A stretch of DNA of 64,000 nucleotides from Tepidisphaera sp. (GCA_050916045.1 CP051526.1:3648001-3712000); one strand, 5' to 3'. Positions 18,093-27,993 are shown, counted from the stretch's first letter. The notes: a model not told the origin generated them from the sequence alone. Program-made: numbers and translations.

Positions 18093-19259
18093 TTAGCCGG
18101 GGCAGCCTTCGAAGGCGAAGACGAAGTCATCGTAGTCGAAGAAGTCGACGAAGCCGTCGCCGTTGAAGTCGGCGCCGAGCCCGCCGTCGCCGCAGCCGTT
18201 CTCGAAGCAGGCGACGTAGTCATCGTAGTCGAAGAAGTCGACGAACAGGTCGCCGTTGAAGTCGGCGGACGGGCAGGTGGCGAGGTCGCCGTAGATGGAG
18301 AACGACGCGCCGAGGATCGCGGGAGCGATCACGCCGGTGTAGTCGTAGGAGTACGCCTCAGCGCAGACCGTCGGGTCGTCGAAGCCGGGCGTCCAGATGA
18401 GGTCGAGCGGCGCATCGTCGTCGTACTGGATGGAGGTCGAGGTGCCGGCGCGGGTCGTGTCCGCGGGGACGCGATCCTCACCCGTGCCCCAGAGCATCGG
18501 CTGGATGCCGCTGGTCGAGGTGTCGTGGATGAAGACGGTGTCTTCCACGCCGTCGCCGTCCGTGTCCTGGAACGACTCGCAGATCAGGAACTCGAGGCCG
18601 CCTTCGAGGTCAGCCGCGGTCGTGATGAAGCCAGCGGGCAGGGCGGCAGCGCCGAAGATGCCGTAGCCAGCGCCACCGTTCGGAGCGACCGGACCGTAAT
18701 CGAGGACCACGCCGCTGACGAAGCCGTCGCTGGCGTCGCCGTTGCCCAGGAACACGCCGTCAAGGGAGATCGTGTCCCAGGAGGTGACGAAGATCAAGCA
18801 GCCGGCCGAGGTGACCGGGTTGAACCAGATGTTCATCGACAGGTCGGTGGCGTCGGTCGCCGCGACGGCGTCCTGATAGTCAGCCATGTAGCGGACGTTC
18901 ACGGCCGCGTTGCCGAAGAACCAGCGGTTGCCGGCGCCGGGGACGGCGTCATCGCAGGGGCCGTTGGAGTTCGTCGTGTTGTTCACGAAGCCAACGGGGG
19001 CGCCGCTGGGGTCACGGGGGCAGAGCTCGGACGAATCCCAGATCGCCTCGGGAGTAACGCCACGGGTCGTGCCGTCACCGAGGGTCACCCATTCACCGAC
19101 GCGACGCATCGAGCCGTCGGCCATCTTGATGACCTTGGCAGCGCGCTGCGCCATGTACTTCTGGCCGCTGAACGGAGCGGAGCTCAGCTCACCGGGGCCA
19201 GCCATCGCGGACGCGGCCATCGCCAGGCCCGCACAACCCATCAACACTGAACGCTTCAT
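18093..19259 (-). CDS. Secreted acidic protein with GC-type dockerin-like domain
   Basis: Signal peptide, GAGGAG RBS, ends CPSADFNGDLFVDFFDYDDYVACFE..FVFAFEGCPG. Confidence 0.85.
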   Translation of the reverse strand: MKRSVLMGCAGLAMAASAMAGPGELSSAPFSGQKYMAQRAAKVIKMADGSMRRVGEWVTLGDGTTRGVTPEAIWDSSELCPRDPSGAPVGFVNNTTNSNGPCDDAVPGAGNRWFFGNAAVNVRYMADYQDAVAATDATDLSMNIWFNPVTSAGCLIFVTSWDTISLDGVFLGNGDASDGFVSGVVLDYGPVAPNGGAGYGIFGAAALPAGFITTAADLEGGLEFLICESFQDTDGDGVEDTVFIHDTSTSGIQPMLWGTGEDRVPADTTRAGTSTSIQYDDDAPLDLIWTPGFDDPTVCAEAYSYDYTGVIAPAILGASFSIYGDLATCPSADFNGDLFVDFFDYDDYVACFENGCGDGGLGADFNGDGFVDFFDYDDFVFAFEGCPG

Positions 19260-19506
19260 AGAAACTCCTCTTCAAATTCCCACGACACGCAATCTGCCGG
19301 TCACCGGTTCAACAACACGACCGGTACGCACTCCCGGCACCTCAATGGACAGCATACACGAAATTGACGCTGCAACCACCCAAATCTTGCACTTTCTTGT
19401 CCTTCCCGCAACTTTTTTGGCCTATGCACCACCGAAGTCAACCCCTGCCCACGTCCTATAATGTCCGTCCTCGCCCCCACTCTGCACCCTTTCCAAATCC
19501 GATCAC

Positions 19507-20478
19507 CTACCCGCCCACCGCGCCGCCATTGCCGTCATCCCCGCCCCCGGCGGTGCCCGACCCGCCGGATCCGCTCCCGGACCCCCCGCCGCCACCGCCG
19601 TCGCCAGCCCCTCCGCCCGAACCGCCGCCCCCATCCGTGTTCGAGCAACCCCACTCAAACACCTCGACGAACGCGTCGTAGTCGAAGTAGTCCACAAACC
19701 CGTCTTCGTTCACATCCGCCGTCTTGCCGGGCGGGCACGCGAAGCCTTCGAAGCACTCGACGAACGCGTCGTAGTCGCTGAAATCCACGAACCCGTCGTC
19801 GTTGAAGTCCGCGACGCACTCGAACACCGGGCCGAACTCCGCCCACGCCATCTGCACCCGGCTCGAGCCGCACGCGGTTCCGTCTCCGAAGATCACGCGG
19901 TTCCGAGCGCCCGTCACGCCGGCCGGCCCGAGCGGATAGTGCGCGAGAAACCGGCCGTCCGCGTAAAGGTCAATGCCCGTCGACCGAATCTGCATGTTGA
20001 GCTCGCGCCACTGCCCTCTCATCGGGATCGTGACGATCGGCTTGACGCTGCTCGGAACATCGCTGCCCGACGTCAGAACGAACAGCTTGTCGTCAGACAT
20101 CCCGACGTACGCGATGCGCCCGAGCCGATCGACCGCGCCCAGGTAGTACCCAAAGCGAGCAGCGCCCGCGCACTCCGCCAGCCGGTACGTCGAAGAGAGC
20201 ACATTCACCGAAGCCCGGATCAGCACCCCGCGATCAAAGTCGATCTCCGTGTGGTTCGCGTGGAAGTACTGCTGCCCCTCAAACGACGTCGGACCCTGCT
20301 CGAGCACACCGCTCCGCATCAGGGGCGCGGCGGAGGACTGGTCATTCATGAGCTGGAAGCCCTGTCCCGTCGGCAGCGTCCCCTCCGACGCGTCGTACGC
20401 AAGCCAGGGTGTCTGGGCGAGGGAGAGTCCGGCGCACGAAGCCGCCGCGCACACGGAAAGTACGTGCTGAAGGGCCAT
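19507..20478 (-). CDS. Secreted lectin-like protein, dockerin-like domain and Gly-rich tail
   Basis: Signal peptide; CVADFNDDGFVDFSDYDAFVECFE..FEWGC followed by about 45 Gly/Ser/Asp-rich residues. Confidence 0.8.
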   Translation of the reverse strand: MALQHVLSVCAAASCAGLSLAQTPWLAYDASEGTLPTGQGFQLMNDQSSAAPLMRSGVLEQGPTSFEGQQYFHANHTEIDFDRGVLIRASVNVLSSTYRLAECAGAARFGYYLGAVDRLGRIAYVGMSDDKLFVLTSGSDVPSSVKPIVTIPMRGQWRELNMQIRSTGIDLYADGRFLAHYPLGPAGVTGARNRVIFGDGTACGSSRVQMAWAEFGPVFECVADFNDDGFVDFSDYDAFVECFEGFACPPGKTADVNEDGFVDYFDYDAFVEVFEWGCSNTDGGGGSGGGAGDGGGGGGSGSGSGGSGTAGGGDDGNGGAVGG

Positions 20479-20634
20479 GTCTTTGATTCTCCGTCACGAC
20501 CGTCCCTCGCCGCTCACCGAGCCGCTCGGGACGAATCGCCACTGAGAATCTACCCCACGCCGGGCGGGATGCCACTTTCTGCGAGGAAACCGCGACTTTC
20601 CCGCCCGTTTATGCGGCCTGTGCCGCCCGCGACC

Positions 20635-22806
20635 TCAGCACCCGGCGGTGAACGCTTCCACGAACGCGTCGTAGTCGAAGAAGTCCGTGAACCCGTCGTC
20701 GTTGAAGTCCGAGGACGCGCCCGGGTCGCACTGACCGGTAAAGCACGCCACGAAAGCGTCATAGTCGAAGAAGTCCACGAACGCGTCACCGTTGAAGTCC
20801 GCCGGGCAGCTCTCGCCCCACTTGATGATCACACGCCCCGTCGACGTGCCCGAGGGCGTCGTCACCCGATACCCGATCGAGTCGGTGCCCGAAGCTCCCG
20901 CGTTCGGCCTAAGGATCCGGTACGACCCCGTCCCGCCGATGACCGTCGCCTTGGTCGGAAGCCCCGTGATCGTGTACGTCGCTTGCGAGGTCTCATCCGT
21001 CACGCCGGCGGGAAGCTCAACGACGAGCGTCCGGCCCGGGTACCCCTGCTTGGTGTACGAGAACGCGGTGGGCGCGACGCTTCCTGAACCGGCGTTGGTC
21101 GAAACCGTGAGCGTCAGCGGCGGGCTGAGCGCCTCTCGCCCGTCGACGAAGATCGCTTTCGCGTGCACGGTCGTCGTGCCCGAGCCGAGCGAGCGGCCGG
21201 GCAGCACAATCGTGTCACCGCTGCCGCCCGCCGCGAGCACGCGGCCGTTCTGAACGATCTGAATCTCACGAGCCAGCAGCCCGCTCGCTTCGATCCGAAT
21301 CGGGAACCCGTCGTTCAGATTCCCGGAAACCCGCGCGGAGGAGATCGCCGCCGACCGGCCGCGATTGTCCACCACCAACGATCCGCGCCAGCGGCCCACC
21401 GTGCGGTTCGGCGTCGAGTCATGCCCCAGCACGCGCACGTCGTGCCAGCCGTCGTTGAGGTGCGTCGTGTCGATGCTGAATCGCCCGCCGGGCGCCACCG
21501 ACCCGTGAAGCACGCCGTCGATCAGAAGGTCAAAGCTCGCAACCGTCGCCCGCGGCTGAGCCGTCGTCCCCGAAGGCTCGAGCTCGATCAACCCGGACGC
21601 CGGCCCCGACGGCAGCCCGCCCACCGACACCTCCGGGATCCACGCGTGCGGGCGTGCGAGCGCATCGCCGACAAGCAGGTTCTGGAAGGGCACAAACTGC
21701 ATCGACCGCAGGTACGCTTCGCCCAAGCTCGCTCCCTGCAGGTACCAGACGTGGAGCCTCGCATGCGGGAACTTCCCGGGATAGTTGCACGGCTCCTCCA
21801 CGGCGCCGCATGTTCCCGAAGCCCCCTCGGTGATCCACTCGCTGCACTTGGTCTGATCGGCGTTGTCGAACATCGCCGCAAAGCTCGTGAGGTGGTCGCA
21901 GAACGCGCCCGGCACCAGCGTCATCGTCGATCCCGCGATCGTCGCGTACGAAAACCCGGTCATCACGCCCGAAATGTCCTGTGCCGAAACGGGCAGGTTG
22001 CCCACGATGATCTCGCACGGCCGCGCCAGACTGTTCGTGATCGTCTGCCGCACCGCCGCGAACTGCGTGTTGCGCACGTTCCGCAAGCTGTCCGCGGTAT
22101 TGCTCATCAGGTACGTCGTGCCCGACGGCCGCGTCCCCTCCACCGCCGTCCCGCGGTCGATCATCGCGATGATCTGCTCGGGCGTGTTGCCCCGCTCGCC
22201 CGTATACCCGATCAGGCCGCCGATGTAGTACCGCCGAGCGGTCGGCTGGGTGCTCGCGCCGCCGGAAAGCCAGGTCGTGTTGCTGTCGAACGCCACCGCC
22301 GAGTTCGCCGTCGAGTAGTACCGGTTCGGGAGCGCCTGATTCGCGCCGCCGTTCACAAAGTCGTCGAGGATGAACGCCGTGGTGTACGCCGACGAGATCG
22401 AGAACCGGGTGACCGGCGCGCACGTGTCGGAAATCATCCCCGGCGCGTTGACGTAGAACGTCGTCGACGGCGCGATCAGGATGTAGTCCGAATGGTCCGC
22501 GATGCCGGCCGACTCGATATACCCCGAAAGCGCCGGAAGATTGACCGTGCGGAACGCCGCGTGATCCGCGGCTCCGGGCGACATGTAGACCACGTTCCGG
22601 TCGGGGATCTGCCGCGCATTCTTGTAGTAGTGCCCCAGCCGCACCGCGACCGGGTCGTTCGGATCAATCAGCAGGATCGCGTTCTCGCCCGCGCCCCCCG
22701 CCAAGGCCGTCGCACCCCCGGCGGCCAAAGCCAACGCCACCGCCGCACGGCCAAAGCCATGGGCCACAACACGATCAGCGCACCGACGCGGACAACGAAT
22801 CGTCAT
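20635..22806 (-). CDS. TIGR03790-like protein with Ig-like repeats and GC-type dockerin-like domain
   Basis: ENAILLID..HYYKNARQIPDRN, PGAFCDHLTSF, EGASGTCGAVEEP, SLGEAY..VGDAL; dockerin-like end. Start uncertain. Confidence 0.75.
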   Translation of the reverse strand: MTIRCPRRCADRVVAHGFGRAAVALALAAGGATALAGGAGENAILLIDPNDPVAVRLGHYYKNARQIPDRNVVYMSPGAADHAAFRTVNLPALSGYIESAGIADHSDYILIAPSTTFYVNAPGMISDTCAPVTRFSISSAYTTAFILDDFVNGGANQALPNRYYSTANSAVAFDSNTTWLSGGASTQPTARRYYIGGLIGYTGERGNTPEQIIAMIDRGTAVEGTRPSGTTYLMSNTADSLRNVRNTQFAAVRQTITNSLARPCEIIVGNLPVSAQDISGVMTGFSYATIAGSTMTLVPGAFCDHLTSFAAMFDNADQTKCSEWITEGASGTCGAVEEPCNYPGKFPHARLHVWYLQGASLGEAYLRSMQFVPFQNLLVGDALARPHAWIPEVSVGGLPSGPASGLIELEPSGTTAQPRATVASFDLLIDGVLHGSVAPGGRFSIDTTHLNDGWHDVRVLGHDSTPNRTVGRWRGSLVVDNRGRSAAISSARVSGNLNDGFPIRIEASGLLAREIQIVQNGRVLAAGGSGDTIVLPGRSLGSGTTTVHAKAIFVDGREALSPPLTLTVSTNAGSGSVAPTAFSYTKQGYPGRTLVVELPAGVTDETSQATYTITGLPTKATVIGGTGSYRILRPNAGASGTDSIGYRVTTPSGTSTGRVIIKWGESCPADFNGDAFVDFFDYDAFVACFTGQCDPGASSDFNDDGFTDFFDYDAFVEAFTAGC

Positions 22807-23017
22807 TTGTTAGGATCTCGCCTTAATGGAAGCCGCTGGCGCCGCGGTCTTCCGGACTCTCTCTAATAGGATGCGGGAAACCGACTCGAAATGCAATCCC
22901 AAACGTTCACCGACTGTACGGAGCGCGTCGCTTCGAGTTCCGCCCGAGCGCTCTACACTGGATCGAACATCAACCATCGGCCGTTTGGAGCGTCAAACGA
23001 GCCTGGAAAGGACCCAC

Positions 23018-23551
23018 ATGAGCTCAATCCGCACGTCGCCCGTTCTCGTGTCCATGGTTCTCGGCCTCGGTGCCGCTTCCATGCTCGCCTTCCAGCCCGG
23101 CTCGACACCCCCGGCCACCCCCACTCCCGAAACCAAGCCGGCGCAGCCTGCTGAGACCAAACCCGCCACCAAACCGGAGATCAAGAACGTGAAGACCCCC
23201 GACGGCAAGGAGTACCAGGTCCAGAAGACCTCCGAGGTCAAGCTCCTCATCGAAGACCTCGTGATCGGCGAGGGCGCCGAAGCCCGCGCTTCGTCGACCA
23301 TCACCCTCAACTACCACGGCACCCTCGCCAAGAACGGCACCAAGTTCGACGGCAACTGGGGCGAAGCCCCCATCACCTTCCCCCTCGACAACCTCATCGA
23401 CGGCTGGAAGATCGGCATCCCCGGCATGAAGGTCGGCGGCATCCGCCAGCTCACCATCCCGTGGCAGCTCGCTTATGGCGAACGCGCATCGGGCCCCATC
23501 CCCGCCAAAGCCGACCTGGTCTTCCTCATCGAGCTCAAGGGCGTCAAGTAA
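23018..23551 (+). CDS. FKBP-type peptidyl-prolyl cis-trans isomerase
   Basis: DLVIGEG, YHGTL..GTKFD, LIDGWKIGIPGMKVGG.RQLTIP..LAYG, IPAKADLVFLIEL; GAAAGGA RBS. Confidence 0.95.
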   Translation: MSSIRTSPVLVSMVLGLGAASMLAFQPGSTPPATPTPETKPAQPAETKPATKPEIKNVKTPDGKEYQVQKTSEVKLLIEDLVIGEGAEARASSTITLNYHGTLAKNGTKFDGNWGEAPITFPLDNLIDGWKIGIPGMKVGGIRQLTIPWQLAYGERASGPIPAKADLVFLIELKGVK

Positions 23552-23576
23552 CCCTCGACTCGCATCATGCTCGACC

Positions 23577-23614
23577 GCAGGGCCCGGGTTCGCTCGGGCC
23601 CTGCTTCTTTTTTT
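23577..23614 (+). terminator. Intrinsic terminator
   Basis: GCAGGGCCCGGG-ttcg-CTCGGGCCCTGC then TTCTTTTTTT. Confidence 0.88.
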
Positions 23615-23628
23615 GGCGAAATCGACGA

Positions 23629-25368
23629 TCACACCCTGAACAGCGCGCCCATCTTCTTGCCAAGCAGCGTCGACGAAGCGAAAAGCGTCACCGTCAGCAG
23701 CGCCATCCCCCACACGCCCATCGCGCTCGCGATCGACGGCCCATCACCCAGCCGCTCCGTGAACGCGAAGATCGCCCGCGTGAACGGGAAATCCTTCGGC
23801 TGCTGCGCCAGGATCAGCGAATCGCTCACCTCGAGCATCGAGAAGCTGAACACGAGCAGAGACCCCGCGATCAGGTTCGCCAGAATCAGAGGAACGATGA
23901 TCCGCCGGATCGCCGTCAGCCGCGACGCTCCAAGATTGATCGCCGCTTCCTCAAGCTCGCCCGAGGTCTGCTGCAACCCCGCCACCGTCGACCGCACGAT
24001 GTACGGCAACCGCCGGATCGCGTACGCGATGATCAGAAGCGGCACCGGGTTGGGCATCGTCCCCACCACCGACACCCACCCCTCCAGCGGATCGCCCTTC
24101 CCGAAAGGCCACCGCAGCGACAGCGCCACGTACCCGAACGCCATCACCAGCCCCGGCACCGCCAGCGGAAGCATGCACAGCGCATCAAGGACCCCCCGGC
24201 CGCGAACGTTCGTCCGCACCAGCAGATACCCGATCGTCACTCCAAGCACCAGATTGATGAGCGTCGCCGCCGACGCCAGCTTGAGGCTGTTCACGATCGA
24301 CCCGAACGACTCCGAAGCCGACAACGCCTGCTGGAAGTGCGATCCCGTGTACGCCGCAGGAAGCACGGACTTGTACCACTGACCCACCTCCGACACCGAC
24401 GTCAGCGTCACCCCGAGGTGCGGAAGCACCGCAAGCCCCGCCACCGCTGCGAACGCCGCCGTCGCGAGCCACCTTGAGACGGGACCAAGCTCACGCTCGC
24501 CGCCCGCCCGAGACGCCCGGAGCGTCGTCGCCGTCCCCGAAGAACCAAGCGTCAGCCTCCCCACCACATAGATCAGAACCGCCGAAACCAGAAGGACGAA
24601 CGTGAGCGCGTACGGCTCGGCCGAGTTCTCGACCTCCTTGAGCCCCCAGAAGATCTGCACCGGCGTCACCGTGTAGTAGTCGAACATCAACGGCGTGCCG
24701 AGCTCGGTGAAGCTCCAAATGAAGACGATCGTCCCCCCCGCGAACAGGCCCGGACGAATCAGCGGGAGCGTGATCCGGACGAAGCGACGCCACCAGCCCG
24801 CGCCCAAGCTCTGAGCCGCTTCATCCATCGCCGGGTCCAGGTTCGCCAAGGCCGCCGTCGCATTCAGATAGATGATCGGGTACAGCGAGAGCGACTGCAG
24901 CGCGACCACACCCCAGAACTTGGCATCCCCGAGGATGTCGAACTCGGTGCCGAGGAGTGCGTTGAGCGCCCCCTCGCGACCAAGGATCGCCCGTACCCCG
25001 ATCGCGCCGACGAACGGAGGCAGGATCATCGGCACCAGCACCACCGCGTTGAAGAACGCTTTGCCCGGAAACCGGAAGCCAGCCGTCAGCACGGCCAGAG
25101 GCAGCGCGATCAGCGTCGCCCCCGTCGTCGTGCACGCCGCGATCTTCAGCGAGTTGAAAAGCCCCGCCAGAAGCGTCGGGTCTCGGAAAATCGCGGCCAC
25201 GTGCCGCACCGTCCAGCCATGCCCGGTCGAGACCTGCTCCGCGAACCCGCCCCGCACCGTCAAGTAGATCGGATAAAGCAGGAAGACGGCGAACATCGCG
25301 AACATCAGGCTCAGAAGCCCGTACTGCCACGACTGGCGGGAGAGACGCGACATCAGCCGACCGTTCAT
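23629..25368 (-). CDS. Fe3+/thiamine-type ABC transporter permease (FbpB-like, two TM modules)
   Basis: Two EAA loops (DEAAQSLGAG, EEAAINLGAS), PMILPPFVGA, PLAVPGLV. Confidence 0.9.
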   Translation of the reverse strand: MNGRLMSRLSRQSWQYGLLSLMFAMFAVFLLYPIYLTVRGGFAEQVSTGHGWTVRHVAAIFRDPTLLAGLFNSLKIAACTTTGATLIALPLAVLTAGFRFPGKAFFNAVVLVPMILPPFVGAIGVRAILGREGALNALLGTEFDILGDAKFWGVVALQSLSLYPIIYLNATAALANLDPAMDEAAQSLGAGWWRRFVRITLPLIRPGLFAGGTIVFIWSFTELGTPLMFDYYTVTPVQIFWGLKEVENSAEPYALTFVLLVSAVLIYVVGRLTLGSSGTATTLRASRAGGERELGPVSRWLATAAFAAVAGLAVLPHLGVTLTSVSEVGQWYKSVLPAAYTGSHFQQALSASESFGSIVNSLKLASAATLINLVLGVTIGYLLVRTNVRGRGVLDALCMLPLAVPGLVMAFGYVALSLRWPFGKGDPLEGWVSVVGTMPNPVPLLIIAYAIRRLPYIVRSTVAGLQQTSGELEEAAINLGASRLTAIRRIIVPLILANLIAGSLLVFSFSMLEVSDSLILAQQPKDFPFTRAIFAFTERLGDGPSIASAMGVWGMALLTVTLFASSTLLGKKMGALFRV

Positions 25369-25401
25369 GGGCCAACTGTATCGCTCACGCCCGGCGGGCC
25401 C

Positions 25402-26652
25402 TCACCCCACCGCCGCCGGCGCCTTCAGCGAAGCCGGCCCCAGCGTCTGTACCGTCACGCGGCCAAGCTTGCGCCGCGCGAGATACGCGTTGACCTGATC
25501 AACCGTCACCTTGTCCACCGCGTCGGCCAGTTCGCGGAGTGATCGGGCCCGGCCCAGCCGGTACTGATCGCTGACCAGCGCGCCGGCGCGGGCACCGGTG
25601 GATTCCCCGGAGAAGACGAGCCTGCTCTTCATCCCCACCACCGCTCGGCCAAGTTCCTCGCTCGTCACCCGGCCGGCCGGCGTTCCGATGCGCTCGAGCT
25701 CGCCAAAGAGAACATCCAAGGACTCCTGCGCACGCTCGGGGGTCGTCCCGACGTACGCCGTCACGGTGCCGAAGTCGCGCTCGCCCCGATACCCGGCGCT
25801 GACCGAGTAGCAGAGCGCCCGCTTCTCCCGAACCTCGCTGAACAATCGACCGGACATCCCGCCCGAAAGAACCGACGCCACAACCTTCTCAAGCACCGCG
25901 TCGGGCTCGGATTCCTTCGGGCCGTCGTGCGCGACCACGATCTGGACCTGGTTGCTCTCATCGGTCTCGTGCGCGTATCCGCGCGGGGCTTCGCCGCCGA
26001 GCGCCGGCTCAGGGTGACCACCCGACCATCCACCGAGCAGCTGTTCGAGCTGGCGGCGCAAAGCCACGGGATCGACGCTTCCGGCGACGGCCATGATCGA
26101 TCGGCCGGGGTTTGCCGCGGCTTTCCATCCGTGCGCAAGCTCATGGTGCGTCAGAGCTTGGATTCCTTCGGCGGTCCCGAGACCCGAGCGATTCAGGGGC
26201 GCTCGATGGTGACGGGCTCCGAGCGCGACCATCGCCCGCTCCTGCGGCTCATCCTTCAGAGACTCGATGGCTTGCAGCGCGAGGTCCTTCGAGGGTTCGA
26301 CGGAGTCTTCGTCGAGTTTGGGGGCCCGCACCATATCGACCAGCAGCGGGAGCGACTCCTTGAGTCGGTCGCCGAGCATGGTCGCGCCGATGCGCATCGT
26401 CATGCCACCGACGGAGACGGACCGCGAGCATCCGAGGCGATCGAACACGTCGGCTTGCGACCGAGAATCGAGCGAACCCGCGCCGCGCATGAGCATCTCC
26501 TGCCACACCGCTGCTCGCCCGAGCCGATCGGCGGGATCCTCCGCCGCGCCGCCGGGCACGAGCCAACTCAAAGCCGCGGACCGCACCCCGGCGATCGGTT
26601 CGATCACAAGCGTCATACCGCAGGACAACACCACCGTCTCGATCGATGCCAT
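25402..26652 (-). CDS. M16B (pitrilysin family) peptidase, probably the non-catalytic subunit
   Basis: LSGGMSGRLFSEVREKRALCYSV; HXXEH absent (AAVWQEM at that position); GGAGG RBS before ATG 26652. Confidence 0.88.
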   Translation of the reverse strand: MASIETVVLSCGMTLVIEPIAGVRSAALSWLVPGGAAEDPADRLGRAAVWQEMLMRGAGSLDSRSQADVFDRLGCSRSVSVGGMTMRIGATMLGDRLKESLPLLVDMVRAPKLDEDSVEPSKDLALQAIESLKDEPQERAMVALGARHHRAPLNRSGLGTAEGIQALTHHELAHGWKAAANPGRSIMAVAGSVDPVALRRQLEQLLGGWSGGHPEPALGGEAPRGYAHETDESNQVQIVVAHDGPKESEPDAVLEKVVASVLSGGMSGRLFSEVREKRALCYSVSAGYRGERDFGTVTAYVGTTPERAQESLDVLFGELERIGTPAGRVTSEELGRAVVGMKSRLVFSGESTGARAGALVSDQYRLGRARSLRELADAVDKVTVDQVNAYLARRKLGRVTVQTLGPASLKAPAAVG

Positions 26653-26815
26653 GGAACCTCCGATGACGAAGTCTATCGGACCAGTCGAGCGGCCGGTACA
26701 GACCGCCGATCCCCCCCGCGCTGTCGGCCGGACGCGACCTGACGGCCGCCGCCGCACGCCTGCTCGACTCCGGCCCGAGCGTATCCGATGCTCTCTGGAG
26801 AAGGTCGGACCATCC

Positions 26816-27355
26816 ATGAGTCATCTGGTCAACATCTCCGCGCTGGGTTGCCTCCTGGCGGGTGCTGCGGTCTTCGGGACCAAAGCCTGGAACGAATACA
26901 CCCTGAAATCGCAGGTTTCTGACTGTGAAACGGCCCTTTCAGGCCTGCGGCAGATGATCAAGCGCCACGCGGGCCTCGGCGACGAGACGCTGACCGGCCG
27001 CGGCTGGCCGGTCACCATCCAGCCCAACTGGTTCGACACAGGCGCGCCCCGCAACCCGTTCCTGAACGGCGATCGTCCATGGATCGAGATCGCCACGCCC
27101 GACGAGGCGCTCCTCATGCACCCCTTCGTCCGCTGCGACACTTCAGGATCGCGCGCCGAGTTCTGGTACAACCCTTACCTGGGCATCGTCCGCGCCCGCG
27201 TGCCGTACCTTCGGACCGACCGCGAGACGATCGCGCTGTACAACGACATCAACGATTCGGATCTGTCGTCGCTCTTCAGCGCGCCGCCGATCTCCGACCC
27301 CGCGACGATGGCGATCGTCGAGAGCGGGATCGTTCCCGGTGACAGCGCACCATGA
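26816..27355 (+). CDS. Pseudopilin-like hypothetical protein
   Basis: N-terminal hydrophobic helix, amphipathic helix, GWP, PRNPF and FWYNP motifs; no GFTLIE cleavage site. Confidence 0.6.
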   Translation: MSHLVNISALGCLLAGAAVFGTKAWNEYTLKSQVSDCETALSGLRQMIKRHAGLGDETLTGRGWPVTIQPNWFDTGAPRNPFLNGDRPWIEIATPDEALLMHPFVRCDTSGSRAEFWYNPYLGIVRARVPYLRTDRETIALYNDINDSDLSSLFSAPPISDPATMAIVESGIVPGDSAP

Positions 27356-27400
27356 TCTCGAAAAAAATTTGAAGAAAGTGTTGTGGAAAACTCCAGAGAG

Positions 27401-27429
27401 AGGACACATCGAGCCGACCATCCGATAAT
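27401..27429 (+). promoter_or_regulatory. Candidate sigma70 promoter for the Lys-rich micropeptide
   Basis: AGGACA-17 bp-GATAAT, preceded by an AT-rich tract at 27361-27390. Confidence 0.4.
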
Positions 27430-27500
27430 GTGACACGGTGCTCGGGTTGCTGCGTGTCGCGGCACTGGCCCGAGCGGAGTTCACCTTTAGGAGTTTCACC

Positions 27501-27569
27501 ATGGCCAAGAAAGCAAAGAAGAAAGCCAAGAAGAAAGCCGCTAAGAAGACCACCAAGAAGAAGGCCTGA
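27501..27569 (+). CDS. 22-aa Lys/Ala-rich histone-H1-tail-like micropeptide MAKKAKKKAKKKAAKKTTKKKA
   Basis: TAGGAG RBS 7 nt before ATG 27501, TGA at 27567-27569; 13 of 22 residues are Lys. Below the ORF-track length cutoff. Confidence 0.8.
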   Translation: MAKKAKKKAKKKAAKKTTKKKA

Positions 27570-27575
27570 CGAAAG

Positions 27576-27950
27576 CGCGGCGTTCATCGCCGCGACGCCT
27601 TGAGCCGGGAGATCTTCCCGCTCGTTGATCCGACGGCGCATCTCTCGGGATCGTTTCCGGATCAACCGTCCTCTCGGGCCTCTCACGAGGCTCGCCATTT
27701 CAGAATCGTCGCCGACCCCGACTCGTTCACAGCGCCTCTCCGAGGTGCGGCGAGAAACCGAGGTCGGCCCCGGTTCCGAAGCCTCACCCTGCTCCGCCTC
27801 TCCCGCCGACGTGCCTGCACAACCTGCATGCACCACCTGGCGGAACGCGAGAAGCAGGGTCCCCAAGCAAGGCGTTCGGTTCCGAGTTTCACAAGAGCAA
27901 CAGCGACCGATGTCGCGGGGCCGGTTCAGCCGGCCCCGCCGTCGTTTTGC
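27576..27950 (+). ncRNA. Candidate structured RNA / long structured 3' UTR ending in a terminator
   Basis: Seven consecutive stem-loops found by eye; the last is GCGGGGCCGG-ttcag-CCGGCCCCGC followed by CGTCGTTTT. Confidence 0.45.
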
Positions 27951-27993
27951 AATTCGTCGCCCGCTCTAAATGCATGCAATTCAATGACTTACG

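Noticed and set aside
27576..27950. tmRNA, RNase P, SRP or 6S RNA identity
   Set aside because: No tRNA-like acceptor/T-arm ends, no GAGGAAAGUCC, no SRP loop motif, and not a single long rod.
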